From a virus (lineage: Duplodnaviria; Caudoviricetes), in IMG/VR virus record IMGVR_UViG_3300033148_005005, positions 1-50,873 of that record: DNA of 50,873 nt; one strand, given 5' to 3'. Position 1 is the first letter of the stretch, and each line of letters starts with the position of its first letter. This document shows positions 36,369 to 46,750 of this stretch, piece after piece. A program made the position numbers and the translations under genes. The notes under the pieces were generated by a model, which saw only the letters and a program-made list of their open reading frames with translations, had not been told where the DNA came from and ran no database searches.

Positions 36369-36637
36369 GTAAAATAAATAATCATCTGATCGAGGAAGAT
36401 AAGAGATTAGTCTGGGGTTTGCTAAAACTTCGCGATGATCTTAGAAAAGAAAGCGTAGCTGTCGCAAAAAGAATGCTTGAAATAAAAAAAGAATTAAGGA
36501 ATTTATCTGATTTAAAAATAGCAGAAAAGTTTGAAGTCGCTAATGTAGCTATTGGCCGACAACAAAGAATGTTTACGCAACACATCAAACATGTTGCAGT
36601 TGAAAATAAAACTAACGAGGTTAATCAAAATGTCTAG
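36365..36637 (+). CDS. Hypothetical protein (possible HTH)
   Basis: ATGA coupling; [12 protein letters not shown]. Confidence 0.55.
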   Translation: MSKINNHLIEEDKRLVWGLLKLRDDLRKESVAVAKRMLEIKKELRNLSDLKIAEKFEVANVAIGRQQRMFTQHIKHVAVENKTNEVNQNV

Positions 36638-37133
36638 AGGCGTAAATAAAGTAATTTTAGTGGGTAACTGTGGCAAAGATCCTGAAACAAGATATGCCCC
36701 ATCAGGTGCAGCAGTTACGAATATTTCAATCGCAACAACTGAAAGCTGGAAAGATAAAAATTCTGGTGAACGTCAAGATAAAACTGAGTGGCATAACATC
36801 GTTTTCTTTGGTCGCTTGGCTGAAATTGCTGGTGAGTATTTAAAGAAGGGCGCACAGGTTTATGTTGAAGGCTCATTGGTTACTGAAAAGTGGACTGATA
36901 AAGAAGGCAATGATCGTTACACCACAAAAATCAAAGCACTCAATATGCAAATGTTAGGTGGTAATCAAGATCAGTCTGGTGGTGGTAATCAAGGCGCTGG
37001 TCAACAGCAAAGTAATAATCAACAACAAAGCAATCAACAGCAGCAACAAAATAATAGTCAACAAGCGGCGCAACCAACTCGCGCATTTAGTGGTGCAGAC
37101 GATAATGCATTTGACGATGACATACCGTTCTGA
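36630..37133 (+). CDS. ssb: Single-stranded DNA-binding protein
   Basis: [19 protein letters not shown]...TEWHNIV...YLKKG.QVYVEG; Q/N-rich linker; acidic tail DDDIPF. Confidence 0.97.
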   Translation: MSRGVNKVILVGNCGKDPETRYAPSGAAVTNISIATTESWKDKNSGERQDKTEWHNIVFFGRLAEIAGEYLKKGAQVYVEGSLVTEKWTDKEGNDRYTTKIKALNMQMLGGNQDQSGGGNQGAGQQQSNNQQQSNQQQQQNNSQQAAQPTRAFSGADDNAFDDDIPF

Positions 37134-37192
37134 TATCCCTTTCTTGAAATATATTCCTTCCGGTGTTATTGTGTTTTAACATCGGAGGAATT

Positions 37193-37621
37193 ATGAAATA
37201 TTGCAATATATGCGAAACAGAAAAAGATGAATCTGCGTTCGGTAAGCGATCTGCATCAAAGGATGGTTTATCAAGTAGATGTAAGACTTGCCAGAAAGTT
37301 TATGATAAAGCCAGGTCAAAAGATAAATACAGAGAAGAGCAGCGCAGAATATATGCCCAAACAGAAGAGGGCAAGCTTGCTGGAAATAAAGCAAAAGCTG
37401 AATGGCGCAAAAAGAACCCAAATAAAGCAAAAGCACATGCCGTTATAAGTCGAGCAGTTAGATCCGGCAATCTAATTAGATTGCCTTGTGAAAAATGTGA
37501 GGCTGTAGATAGTATTCATGCTCACCACGATGATTATTTAAAACCTCTAAATATTCGTTGGCTATGTGCTGCTTGTCATCATCAATGGCACGCTGAAAAC
37601 GGCGAGGCATTGAACCCTTGA
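37193..37621 (+). CDS. HNH endonuclease with an N-terminal zinc finger
   Basis: CNIC...CKTC; CEKC...HAHHDDY.KPL.IRWLCAACH..WH. Confidence 0.85.
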   Translation: MKYCNICETEKDESAFGKRSASKDGLSSRCKTCQKVYDKARSKDKYREEQRRIYAQTEEGKLAGNKAKAEWRKKNPNKAKAHAVISRAVRSGNLIRLPCEKCEAVDSIHAHHDDYLKPLNIRWLCAACHHQWHAENGEALNP

Positions 37622-37806
37622 TCTTCACTAAAAAAGGAAAGTATTATGAAGTGTCCAAGGAAGGATACACGGTATGCATGACAGGTGTTGGTGATAACTT
37701 AACGTTCACGGCCTGGCATAAAAATAAAACGATAGGCATGTTTAATGAGCCGACTAAAGCAAGATCGTGTTGCGAAAAACATTATGAGGAAAATAAAAAT
37801 GTGTGA
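37618..37806 (+). CDS. Small hypothetical protein
   Basis: Overlaps the HNH stop; co-oriented. Confidence 0.5.
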   Translation: MIFTKKGKYYEVSKEGYTVCMTGVGDNLTFTAWHKNKTIGMFNEPTKARSCCEKHYEENKNV

Positions 37807-37895
37807 GATTGATTTTTTTAGTTTAGATTTCTTTATTATTGCGTGGGCTATTATTGGATGTAGCGCCGCTTCCTTTCTTATTGGGAAATTAAGCA

Positions 37896-38090
37896 ATGGA
37901 TGAAAATTGCGCGTGTGGAAAAGAGGCCACACAAAAACTAATAATTAAGACTACTCTTCTTAAAGATCGCGGTATGCATGAAGAAGGTGAAACGTGGAAC
38001 TCTAACGGATCTGTTCTTATGTGCGATGGCTGCGCCGATTCTTATTTTGATAAGCTAAAAAAGAATCCGATATCAGGGAGTGATAAATGA
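37896..38090 (+). CDS. Small Cys-rich protein
   Basis: CACG...CDGC; ATGA coupling to the helicase. Confidence 0.55.
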   Translation: MDENCACGKEATQKLIIKTTLLKDRGMHEEGETWNSNGSVLMCDGCADSYFDKLKKNPISGSDK

Positions 38091-39499
38091 CTTTGATTTT
38101 AAAAGAAGATCAAGAAGAATTACTTAACGAAGCAAGGCTTTCGCTCCGTGAACACAGAAGGCTTTTGATTCAAGCGGCCACCGGATTTGGAAAAACCGTC
38201 CTGGCTGCTTTCATGTCTAAATCAGTTAACGATAAAGGAAGGCGTTTATATTTTATATGCCATCGTGCGGAATTAATTTATCAGACTCACCTTACTTTTA
38301 ATAAAGTAGGAATTGATCATGGGTTTATTGCTGCTGGATTTACACCGGACTATCAACAACCAATTCAAATATGTTCGATTGATACTTTAAAAAGAAGAAT
38401 AAAAAACATTCCTGAAACTGATATCTGTATATGGGATGAGGCTCACCATCTTGGCGCAAAAGGGTGGTCTGATGTTCAGGATCATTATGATAAGTGTTTT
38501 CATTTGGGGTTGTCTGCGACACCAGATAGATTAGATGGTAAAGGTCTTGGTCAATGGTTTGATAAACTTATTTGTGGGCCATCAATAAGTTGGTTGATAG
38601 AAAACAAAAGACTCTCTGATTACCGATTAATCTCAACACCAGTTGAGCCTGATTTGTCATCTATTAAAACAAGAATGGGTGACTATAAAAAAGACGAGTT
38701 AAATGAAGCTGTCGATAAAGCTGACATCATTGGTGATATCGTTAAACATTATATGAAGTATGCACGTAATAAAAAAACAATTATGTTTGCTGTTAGCGTT
38801 AAGCATTCGCTTCACTTGGTCGAACAATTTAGAGCTAATGGGATTATGGCTGTTCATCTGGATGGCAAGACACCAAAGGACGAAAGAAAAAAAGCTTCGC
38901 GTGCATTTGCTGAAGGACATATTCAGGTGTTAAGTAACGTGGGTTTATTTGGCGAAGGTTACGATCTTGCTGCTCAATCCGGTATGGATGTTAATATCGA
39001 ATGCGTTATTGATGCTGCACCCACTCAATCACTTTCTTTATGTCTTCAGAGATGGGGTCGTGCATTAAGAGCGAAAGATTATCCGGCAATAATTCTTGAT
39101 CATGCAGGTAACTGGAAACGTCACGGATTACCTGATCAGGATCGCGAGTGGACTCTTGAAGGCAGTAAAGGCCAAGGTAAAAAGAAAACAGATGAAGAAG
39201 ATGATATTGCTGTTAAACAATGCCCCGAATGTTACGAGGTTCATTTTCCTGCCAAGATATGCCCGAATTGTGGACACGTATATAAAGTTGTTGCTCGAAA
39301 AATTGAAGTTGGTGAAGGCGAGTTAGTTGAGATAGATAAAGACGCATTGAAAAGAGAAGCCAAAAAAGAGCAAGGATCAGCAGGGTCACTTGATGATTTA
39401 ATTGCATTAGGCAAATCGAGAGGGTACAAATCACCCGAACGTTGGGCCGCTCATATATACACAGCTAGAGTAGCTAAACAAAAACAGAGGGTTTCGTAA
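38087..39499 (+). CDS. Superfamily II DExH helicase (RadD/YejH-like) with a C-terminal zinc finger
   Basis: ATGFGKT, DEAHH, SATP, QRWGRALR, CPEC...CPNCG. Confidence 0.93.
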   Translation: MTLILKEDQEELLNEARLSLREHRRLLIQAATGFGKTVLAAFMSKSVNDKGRRLYFICHRAELIYQTHLTFNKVGIDHGFIAAGFTPDYQQPIQICSIDTLKRRIKNIPETDICIWDEAHHLGAKGWSDVQDHYDKCFHLGLSATPDRLDGKGLGQWFDKLICGPSISWLIENKRLSDYRLISTPVEPDLSSIKTRMGDYKKDELNEAVDKADIIGDIVKHYMKYARNKKTIMFAVSVKHSLHLVEQFRANGIMAVHLDGKTPKDERKKASRAFAEGHIQVLSNVGLFGEGYDLAAQSGMDVNIECVIDAAPTQSLSLCLQRWGRALRAKDYPAIILDHAGNWKRHGLPDQDREWTLEGSKGQGKKKTDEEDDIAVKQCPECYEVHFPAKICPNCGHVYKVVARKIEVGEGELVEIDKDALKREAKKEQGSAGSLDDLIALGKSRGYKSPERWAAHIYTARVAKQKQRVS

Positions 39500-39607
39500 T
39501 GGACGGAATAGGTTTTTTTCTACTTATGTTTATACTTTTATTCCACGACAAAATTCAAAATCTATTTGAGTCATGGATCGAATTAAACAAATCAAAACGA
39601 GAATATT

Positions 39608-40024
39608 ATGAAAGAATCAAACCTTCAAAATCTGATCAGGATTAAATTAAGCCAGCTCGGTATTTTAAATTTTAGAAATAATACTGGCATGGGGTGGGCT
39701 GGTAAAGCTGAACGGATTTACAAAAAACAATCAGTGACCGTGTTTCCTGGTGATGTAATTGTAAGAAAAGCTAGGCCATTGCATTCAGGTTTATGTGAAG
39801 GCAGTAGTGATATCATTGGTGTTAAGCCTGTTGTTATTACTCAAGAGATGGTCGGTCAAACAGTGGGTGTTTTTGTTGCGTGTGAAGTTAAAACAAAGAC
39901 AGGGCCGGTAAGAGTAAAACAAAAAACATTTATAGATAACATCAACAAGGCCGGTGGTAATGCTGGTATTGTCCGGTCTGTTGATGATGTTGAAGGGTTT
40001 ATTTCTGATTCTAATATCAACTGA
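39608..40024 (+). CDS. VRR-NUC domain nuclease
   Basis: E..LQ..IR, FRNNTG, GSSDIIG, EVKTKTG....Q..FI. Confidence 0.88.
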   Translation: MKESNLQNLIRIKLSQLGILNFRNNTGMGWAGKAERIYKKQSVTVFPGDVIVRKARPLHSGLCEGSSDIIGVKPVVITQEMVGQTVGVFVACEVKTKTGPVRVKQKTFIDNINKAGGNAGIVRSVDDVEGFISDSNIN

Positions 40025-40280
40025 TATCTGTATTGTATGATCTTAAAATACCGGTTTTATTAACCGATAAATTAAATACGTACTCAAGGCATTTGTCGCC
40101 AGCGTGTTGTTTACAAAACAATTCACCATCTATATTAAATCTAGCTACACGACCACAAATATGACCGTTCCCGTTGAAATAAGATGTCCCGTGAGAATCG
40201 ACTTCTTTAGAACATCTTTCTTTGCCGCTGTGTTTATAGTTTTGTTTTGGTAAGGGAATCTCTTTTACATTCATAATCAT
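40017..40280 (-). CDS. Hypothetical Cys/His protein
   Basis: C...C.R.A.....GELFCKQHAG. Confidence 0.55.
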   Translation of the reverse strand: MIMNVKEIPLPKQNYKHSGKERCSKEVDSHGTSYFNGNGHICGRVARFNIDGELFCKQHAGDKCLEYVFNLSVNKTGILRSYNTDIS

Positions 40281-40283
40281 TCC

Positions 40284-41057
40284 TTATTTCTCCATATCTC
40301 TAATTACAATAGGGCATTTTTCAATGTCCTTTATTGTGCAATTAAAAATAGATTCTCTTTCTTCGCCTTGGTCATCTTCATCAAGGTGCTGGCAATTGAT
40401 CTGACAATCAACCGGAATTGTTATTTTATTATAGATGTATCTTGGTGATCCATCGATAGCAGGAAATTTAAAATTAGCTATAAACCTAGTTTTTTTATCA
40501 AACTCATAACTTAACGGAATGAATACTGGATCTGATACTCCTTCTAACACACCGCTTCTGTGGTATATTTCTGATAGAACCCAACCACCAGGCACTCTTG
40601 TAATAACTCTGTCAGCTGTTGTTATTGATTCAAGAAGACCCATATTATGCATGTCTTCATTTGTTTCTGATTCGTTGTCTTGAGAAGCAGCAACGGCTTC
40701 TTCTAATAATTCTAATACAAAGTTAATGCACTTATCATTCGTCCCTTGTCTCACTTCGATAGATACGTTTAATTCATCACCAATCTGGTGAACTATGTTC
40801 ATCGCTATTTTTTCTAATATTTTTGGGTCTTTCATTGTTTTCCTCTCCTTACTTAACTGGGTTGGGGTGGTTAACTCGTCATACCAATCCATTTCCCATG
40901 AGTTCAAGTCTCTTAATTCGGGTTTGTGGAGCGGTTTTCTTGCTAAATGAAGAAACGCCTCTTTTAAGCTGTCCCCAAATCCAGCCTCATCTATCTTTAG
41001 ATTTCTAAATCCATGCTCTGTTGCCATTACTTGGTTTCCATCTATCTGATAGTTCAT
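40284..41057 (-). CDS. Hypothetical multi-module protein with an internal start
   Basis: SD gaggtg at the start; second strong SD before the in-frame ATG 40835. Confidence 0.6.
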   Translation of the reverse strand: MNYQIDGNQVMATEHGFRNLKIDEAGFGDSLKEAFLHLARKPLHKPELRDLNSWEMDWYDELTTPTQLSKERKTMKDPKILEKIAMNIVHQIGDELNVSIEVRQGTNDKCINFVLELLEEAVAASQDNESETNEDMHNMGLLESITTADRVITRVPGGWVLSEIYHRSGVLEGVSDPVFIPLSYEFDKKTRFIANFKFPAIDGSPRYIYNKITIPVDCQINCQHLDEDDQGEERESIFNCTIKDIEKCPIVIRDMEK

Positions 41058-41085
41058 TTTCTCACCTCATTTAAAATTAGTTTAA

Positions 41086-43791
41086 TTAACCTTGTTTAAA
41101 TAATTCAAGTGGTAACTCTACCGCTCGACTTCTTATGCCTGGTGCAAAATATTTCACATCTGATATTTCTGTGTGATATAAATCTTTCAATGGCCTTGAC
41201 CAATCGCTTGACCATGCTGTTGACGCAAGTAGCTCACGCATTGGCTGGCAATTATTAGCTATGTAAACAGAATTAAAATCAACAATAATTCCGTGTCGTC
41301 TAAGCTCTCTGTCGGCTGACACTTGACTGATGATATCAATGTCTTTGCTGGCGCATAAAATCAATTCACCAATTGAAACATCATGATAACCTTTATCGTC
41401 TTCTGTTCTGATTCTTCTGGTAACAATGTATTCAAGTAAACGTTGTTCATCTTGTCGATTAATAACATCAGTGTGTTCAGTCCAATCTTTTTTACCCATC
41501 CATTCTTCAGCTTCTTCAGGGCTGATCTTTTTAACTGAGTGACATAAATAATAACCAGCCAGTAACGTACCAATTTGATCAGCTAATCTTCGTGATCCGA
41601 AAGTACGGGTGGCCGCATCAATAAATGAGGTGCAATTGTGTTGAAGAACCTGCATGTATCTAACAGATCTCGATAACATTTTTGCAGAATATTCTTTATT
41701 AAAAGTTGACCGTATTTCTTTATCAAGTGAATCGTATTTATCTTTTGCGCCATCTGATTTATCAGCTCTCAATATCAGTTTATTGATTCTTGATTCATCA
41801 GCGTAATCTTTCATTGATGTATTGATTGAACTAAAACAAAAACAAGATCTAATACTGAATGACATGCTGCTACCAGACTGACCACCTTTAATTATTTTAC
41901 CGCCACTAGATGAAACTCTAGCTAATGATAAAACAGATTTCATTCTCCTTGCTCCTGCTTCATCTTCAGCTTCAGCTTCATCGAAAACAACAGGTCTTGC
42001 GTCTTGGCTTATTTCTTGTCTAACGCCTGCCTCAGTGCTGTTACCTTCCATTTGAAGCGCCATTCCACCAACTACTTCGCTGATGATGTTTTTCAAAACT
42101 GTAGACTTACCTGATCCTGATGGCCCTGTTACCCATATATGAGGTCGCCATTCCAATATTCCACATACTGGCGCAACAACACACCAGCCAGCCATTAAAG
42201 CGGCTGACAGAGGATTCTCCCATGACAATGATTCTGACATCGATACCAGTTTATGCGCTTCTTTGTTAGTGGCTGGAGTTTCAAGTTTTACAGATAACTC
42301 AGATTGGTTTTCGTAAATATATTTACTTGATACGTTTCTTGGTGATGTCTCAACACCATCAACATAACAGCGTGAACCTAAATGCAAAACAGCGCGACCA
42401 TCATCTTCCCAAGCGCCGCGTCCACGTAATAATTCGTGTGGATCAAACAAGCCTTTATTGTATGATCGACCAATCAAAGCATTAACAGCCTGATCTAAAT
42501 CAAAACCTGTTTTTTGTGGATATTCAATTTCCCAATGGTTGGCTGAAGCAATTGCAAATAAATTATTCTTTGTATGCTGTGACGCTGATAAAGCAACTAA
42601 CTGTTGCGATCTATCTGGTAAATAATAAAATATATTTCGATTAAAACCTAACACACGAAACGGTAAATTATTTTCATCTGTTTTGTCTTCCTCATTCGAT
42701 TCATATTGCTCTGAAAAATCAGGCTGTTCATTATAATCTTCTTCTGGCTCTGGTTCAGGTTCATGTTCTTGTTCTGGCTGCGGCGCATTGAATTCAACGA
42801 TGTGTTTTTTGGCCCATTCAATAACGTCATCAGATGACATACCTTCTGCTTCAGCATCAGCAAGATCCCATCCTTTTTCTTTATCAGGATCAATCGTTGT
42901 GTGTTTAATTGATTCAACACCGGCTTCAGTGAGATAGTGAACCAAGCCTTTTTTCTTTTCAGTGCCTAAAACACAATCGGTTCCAGGCTGGTCGTTGTCA
43001 ACCATTATTAATACACGTCTTCCTTTTAGGACAGACCAATCAGTTTTGTTAACTACCTGAGTGCCACCACTCCAAGCGACACACGTATAATGCATTCCCA
43101 ATAATCGTTTGGCCGCATCACTGGCTTTTTCACCTTCAGTAATTACTATTGGTTTATTTTCTGGCAACTCTTCAGCGCCATAAAGCGTTCTTGGTTCTGG
43201 AAAACTGTAATGACAAAACGTTTCAGATCCATTAGGTAATTTACACCACATTATTGAAGGATTAATTTTCGTGTCGTCACCAAAATCAATTCTAAGTACA
43301 TAACCCAACAATTCACCGACTTCGTTCTTGTATGGAAAAACCATCGATGGCGTATAGGTCGTGAATTTTTCGCGTTTTGGATTATAGATATTAGGTGTTT
43401 TTTTGCCAGCAATAAACTGGTGTACATCAGCTGGTATCGGCATAATAGGAGTGATGCCTTCATACGGGTCTTTAACATCTATTTTTTTAGACTGTCGTTT
43501 TTTAGGCGCATTATCATCTGATGTTTTTTCACCCCCTAATATTTTACAAGCACTAACAAAATCAACTTGGTCGTAATCCATAACAAAATCAATTTGATCA
43601 CCATGAGCGCCGCAGCCGAAACAATGATAAAACCCTTTTTCTGGCACAACACGAAACGATGGTGTCTTTTCGCCATGAAAAGGACAACACGCCTCAAACT
43701 CATTACCGTTCTTTTTTAATTTTATATATCCTGATATCACGTCCACGAGAGGACGATCAGAACATATCTGATCAGCGTCATACTTTGGCAT
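41086..43791 (-). CDS. Primase-helicase (CHC2 zinc finger + TOPRIM + P-loop helicase), P4 alpha-like architecture
   Basis: CCPFHGEKTPSF...CFGCG; ITEGEK, DNDQPG, GWDLAD; GPSGSGKST; VVFDEAE. Confidence 0.92.
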   Translation of the reverse strand: MPKYDADQICSDRPLVDVISGYIKLKKNGNEFEACCPFHGEKTPSFRVVPEKGFYHCFGCGAHGDQIDFVMDYDQVDFVSACKILGGEKTSDDNAPKKRQSKKIDVKDPYEGITPIMPIPADVHQFIAGKKTPNIYNPKREKFTTYTPSMVFPYKNEVGELLGYVLRIDFGDDTKINPSIMWCKLPNGSETFCHYSFPEPRTLYGAEELPENKPIVITEGEKASDAAKRLLGMHYTCVAWSGGTQVVNKTDWSVLKGRRVLIMVDNDQPGTDCVLGTEKKKGLVHYLTEAGVESIKHTTIDPDKEKGWDLADAEAEGMSSDDVIEWAKKHIVEFNAPQPEQEHEPEPEPEEDYNEQPDFSEQYESNEEDKTDENNLPFRVLGFNRNIFYYLPDRSQQLVALSASQHTKNNLFAIASANHWEIEYPQKTGFDLDQAVNALIGRSYNKGLFDPHELLRGRGAWEDDGRAVLHLGSRCYVDGVETSPRNVSSKYIYENQSELSVKLETPATNKEAHKLVSMSESLSWENPLSAALMAGWCVVAPVCGILEWRPHIWVTGPSGSGKSTVLKNIISEVVGGMALQMEGNSTEAGVRQEISQDARPVVFDEAEAEDEAGARRMKSVLSLARVSSSGGKIIKGGQSGSSMSFSIRSCFCFSSINTSMKDYADESRINKLILRADKSDGAKDKYDSLDKEIRSTFNKEYSAKMLSRSVRYMQVLQHNCTSFIDAATRTFGSRRLADQIGTLLAGYYLCHSVKKISPEEAEEWMGKKDWTEHTDVINRQDEQRLLEYIVTRRIRTEDDKGYHDVSIGELILCASKDIDIISQVSADRELRRHGIIVDFNSVYIANNCQPMRELLASTAWSSDWSRPLKDLYHTEISDVKYFAPGIRSRAVELPLELFKQG

Positions 43792-43822
43792 TTACTCTTC
43801 TCCGAAAATACTACTAGAAAAT

Positions 43823-44047
43823 TTATATTGGTTCTGGTTTATTTTCTTTTTGCATTTTCGGTGTCAGGTAAAGACCATCATCACCACGAAGCAACTGATC
43901 TCTCGATAGCAGATTGTTTAATGCTGATGCTGTGTTTTGTGTTGTCACCTGATTGTCTTCATCTTCGTGACTATTAACCTCTATTCGGATTTGCTTTGGT
44001 GAACAAGGTTTTCCAATTGCCGTTACTGCTTCAACGTATTTACTCAT
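43823..44047 (-). CDS. Small hypothetical protein (winged-helix-like)
   Basis: ORF track; likely start MSKYVEA. Confidence 0.45.
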   Translation of the reverse strand: MSKYVEAVTAIGKPCSPKQIRIEVNSHEDEDNQVTTQNTASALNNLLSRDQLLRGDDGLYLTPKMQKENKPEPI

Positions 44048-44267
44048 TTTTATCACTCTCTGAAAATAAACATGGCTGATTATCAACCACTAAATTGTTT
44101 AACATTTTTTCAAGTTGTTGGTCGCTAATAAAAGCGCCTTTTCTGATCTCGTCCTTAATAACCTTTTCGATATTTCTAACGGCCAAGATCGTGTGAGGTT
44201 CTTCATTTTCTTCATCACGCAATCTTACCGTTATTTTATCGGCCAAGCTATCAAGGACAGAGTTCAT
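44040..44267 (-). CDS. Small hypothetical protein
   Basis: Likely start MNSVLD immediately after the upstream stop. Confidence 0.5.
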   Translation of the reverse strand: MNSVLDSLADKITVRLRDEENEEPHTILAVRNIEKVIKDEIRKGAFISDQQLEKMLNNLVVDNQPCLFSESDKNE

Positions 44268-44268
44268 T

Positions 44269-44613
44269 TTAAATATACGGCTCGTCTGAAGAAGCGTTAT
44301 TGCCATCAACAGGGGTAGCTGTCGTTGGCGTTGGCGCTGGTTTAGCTGGCTTCTTCTTAGCAGCCGGTTTTTTCTTAACAGGCGGCTTGCTGCCGTGATG
44401 CTTAATGTACTCAACGAATACAGAAGGATCTTTTTTGATTAAATTTTGAACCGTCAATTTTGAGTTCTTTTCAATCAATGCCGTCATATCAAGATCAGCC
44501 TGGTGACTCAACGCTTCTTTAAGCGTATGAAATAACTCACCGTCTGATGTTGGGTAGCCTTTTTGCATTAATATTTTAGCTCTTGCCATTTTTTTATTAC
44601 TCCGATTTATCAA
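44269..44613 (-). CDS. Hypothetical protein with a Lys/Pro/Ala-rich tail
   Basis: Y.TSDGELF.T..EA motif; KKKPAAKKKPAKP tail. Confidence 0.6.
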   Translation of the reverse strand: MINRSNKKMARAKILMQKGYPTSDGELFHTLKEALSHQADLDMTALIEKNSKLTVQNLIKKDPSVFVEYIKHHGSKPPVKKKPAAKKKPAKPAPTPTTATPVDGNNASSDEPYI

Positions 44614-44636
44614 CCATTAGTATAGGGGTTGATTTC

Positions 44637-44912
44637 CTATTTTAAATCTTCAGATGTAACTGTTTTAAATCTAACTTCAGTAACGTTCTTGTTTCGACTG
44701 ATAACATCACCGCGATTCATGCCGCTGTCTTTGGCCCAATCAATGCCTAGACATGCCATCCCTGCTTTGTATCGTGCTTCTTTAAGCATATCCAGATACA
44801 TTTGTATAAAATAACCACCATTGGTCGATGGAGTAAATGGTATATAAAAACTTGTATCTCCTATGTGTTTAAAATACCGAACTACGTGTGCGTTATGGAT
44901 TTCATCAATCAT
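44637..44912 (-). CDS. Hypothetical protein
   Basis: ORF track; coupled to neighbours. Confidence 0.5.
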   Translation of the reverse strand: MIDEIHNAHVVRYFKHIGDTSFYIPFTPSTNGGYFIQMYLDMLKEARYKAGMACLGIDWAKDSGMNRGDVISRNKNVTEVRFKTVTSEDLK

Positions 44913-45153
44913 AACTAATCACCTGTTTAGCACCAAACACATTATTCATTTCATTTTTAAAACTTTTAAATTCTTTGGTCTGCATTAATTCAGCTAACTC
45001 TGGCTGGTTGTCTTTAATGTAATCCCGCGCTTTCAATTTTCTGTGTTTTGGTAAGTCATCGATATCATGGTATTTTGTGTTATCTATTTCAGATAAAACC
45101 AATGGCTCTGGTTGTTGATATGATGGCGACCAGTAGCAGACTCTATGGCTCAT
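44905..45153 (-). CDS. Hypothetical protein
   Basis: Likely start MSHRVC. Confidence 0.5.
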   Translation of the reverse strand: MSHRVCYWSPSYQQPEPLVLSEIDNTKYHDIDDLPKHRKLKARDYIKDNQPELAELMQTKEFKSFKNEMNNVFGAKQVISYD

Positions 45154-45349
45154 CTTTATATTCCAGAACAATATTGACGTAATCAATTAGTCCATGCATT
45201 GATTCAAACAACCCAACGTGAGAGCTATCTTTTCCTCCTAAATCAAACCCTAAAAAAGAAACATTTGAACTCGTGCTTAGTTTCCATCTTTTTTTGATGG
45301 TATAACCAGCGTCTATAACATCTTTAAATGTTCTGATATCACCTAGCAT
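45143..45349 (-). CDS. Hypothetical protein
   Basis: Likely start MLGDIR overlapping the HNH 3' end. Confidence 0.45.
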   Translation of the reverse strand: MLGDIRTFKDVIDAGYTIKKRWKLSTSSNVSFLGFDLGGKDSSHVGLFESMHGLIDYVNIVLEYKDEP

Positions 45350-45818
45350 TTTTAGCTTCTCCATTTTCCATGTGCCACTTACCATGACAACCGCAACACA
45401 ACCAACGAACATCTAACGGATTATCATAGTCGTCATGATGACCAACCGTTTGCTCAATACTGTCACACTCTTCACAAGTTGTTTTTATTAACGATCCCTT
45501 TCTTACAGCTGCCCTAACTTTTTGCTGTGCTTTGTATTTCTTGCAATCATAATTTCTTTTAGCATGAAGCGTGTCGCGATTATCTTTTCTGTACTGTGAT
45601 GAATATTCATTACAGCATTGTTTGCACTTATGCTTTTTGCCGCCGTTTATATTGCTGGCATTATGAAACTCATCAATATTTTTAAACTTATCGCATGAGT
45701 TGCATATCTTAAATTTGGATACCGTTATCGGACAACCAACACGGTAAAACATTGGCATGGCAAGAAGTATCCTCTTGTGTCCTATGGGTTTCGTGAAGCT
45801 GGCTTTCATTCTGATCAT
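45339..45818 (-). CDS. HNH endonuclease, paralog of 37193..37621
   Basis: CNSC...CKQC; CEEC...GHHDDYDNPLDVRWLCCGCH..WH.ENGEA; TAATG coupling to a small upstream ORF. Confidence 0.82.
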   Translation of the reverse strand: MIRMKASFTKPIGHKRILLAMPMFYRVGCPITVSKFKICNSCDKFKNIDEFHNASNINGGKKHKCKQCCNEYSSQYRKDNRDTLHAKRNYDCKKYKAQQKVRAAVRKGSLIKTTCEECDSIEQTVGHHDDYDNPLDVRWLCCGCHGKWHMENGEAKNAR

Positions 45819-46081
45819 TACCCTGACACCGCAAGGCTATAACCAAAACAGAACGCACCTATGCCAGCTACAATAACTATCGGGATATAATAATTAGATA
45901 TAAAATTTATTAAATTCCCTGGTATAAAATAAGTTGAATCATTCATGATAAATTCCTCATTTGATATATAAACCAATCATAATCAATAAAAAAGCGAATA
46001 AATCTTGCGTACGCAGTGATTCAAAATCTCTTAATAGACCAATTCCAGTTACTATTAATAAAATTGAAATTATATTTTTAA

Positions 46082-46450
46082 TCATGCCAAGTGCCTTCCA
46101 ATAAGATCTTCATCAGTGTATTCGCCAGTGTAATTATTACACCACTTACTACCGCTTCTGTGTGGCGTGAATGGCAACCCGTCACAATAACAATTACTTT
46201 TTTTTGTTTCCGCTTTCCGAGCCTTTTCAACTGATGTTAATGGTGATCCGCAATGTTTGCAGACAGGCTCTTTAACATATAATTCTTTTCTTTTTGCTAA
46301 CGTTACACGAACATGACATTTGCGTTTACTGCATCGGTAGCGATGTTTAATCATTAGAAACTGAAGCCAATGTTTCACATTCTGGACACGCACTAAGCCT
46401 GTTATCGAACATATACAGGCATTTTTCACAGATAGTTGGAACAATAACAA
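46082..46450 (-). CDS. Cys/His-rich zinc-binding protein (start probably at MIKHRY)
   Basis: C....C, CKHCG, CYCDG...PHR.GS.WC. Confidence 0.55.
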   Translation of the reverse strand: MLLFQLSVKNACICSITGLVRVQNVKHWLQFLMIKHRYRCSKRKCHVRVTLAKRKELYVKEPVCKHCGSPLTSVEKARKAETKKSNCYCDGLPFTPHRSGSKWCNNYTGEYTDEDLIGRHLA

Positions 46451-46722
46451 CGGCGTAACACACTTTACGATGAAGGCATGAGTCGCACGACGGCGTATCT
46501 AACTGCTGACCGAAACACTGAGGTCTGATCATCACGCTATACCAACTGAACGGAATAAACGCTTTGATGCTTGAAGGAATCGCTTTGTGGCTCGTTCTTT
46601 CGATACCATTTTTTGAATGTTCTCGAATTTTTGATATATCGATTCTTGAATTTTGAGGTCTTTACCGTTTTTAGTTAGCATCTGATAACTCTCCTTGATT
46701 CATATTTTTGTTTACATTACTG

Positions 46723-46750
46723 ATTCTATAGACATGTATAATTATGTCAA
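46723..46750 (-). promoter_or_regulatory. Leftward sigma70 promoter with overlapping operator-like boxes
   Basis: TTGACA-N16-TAGAAT. Confidence 0.6.

Noticed and set aside
45760-45830. Hammerhead or other ribozyme upstream of the second HNH
   Set aside because: GAAA and short stems are present, but there is no CUGAUGA core on either strand
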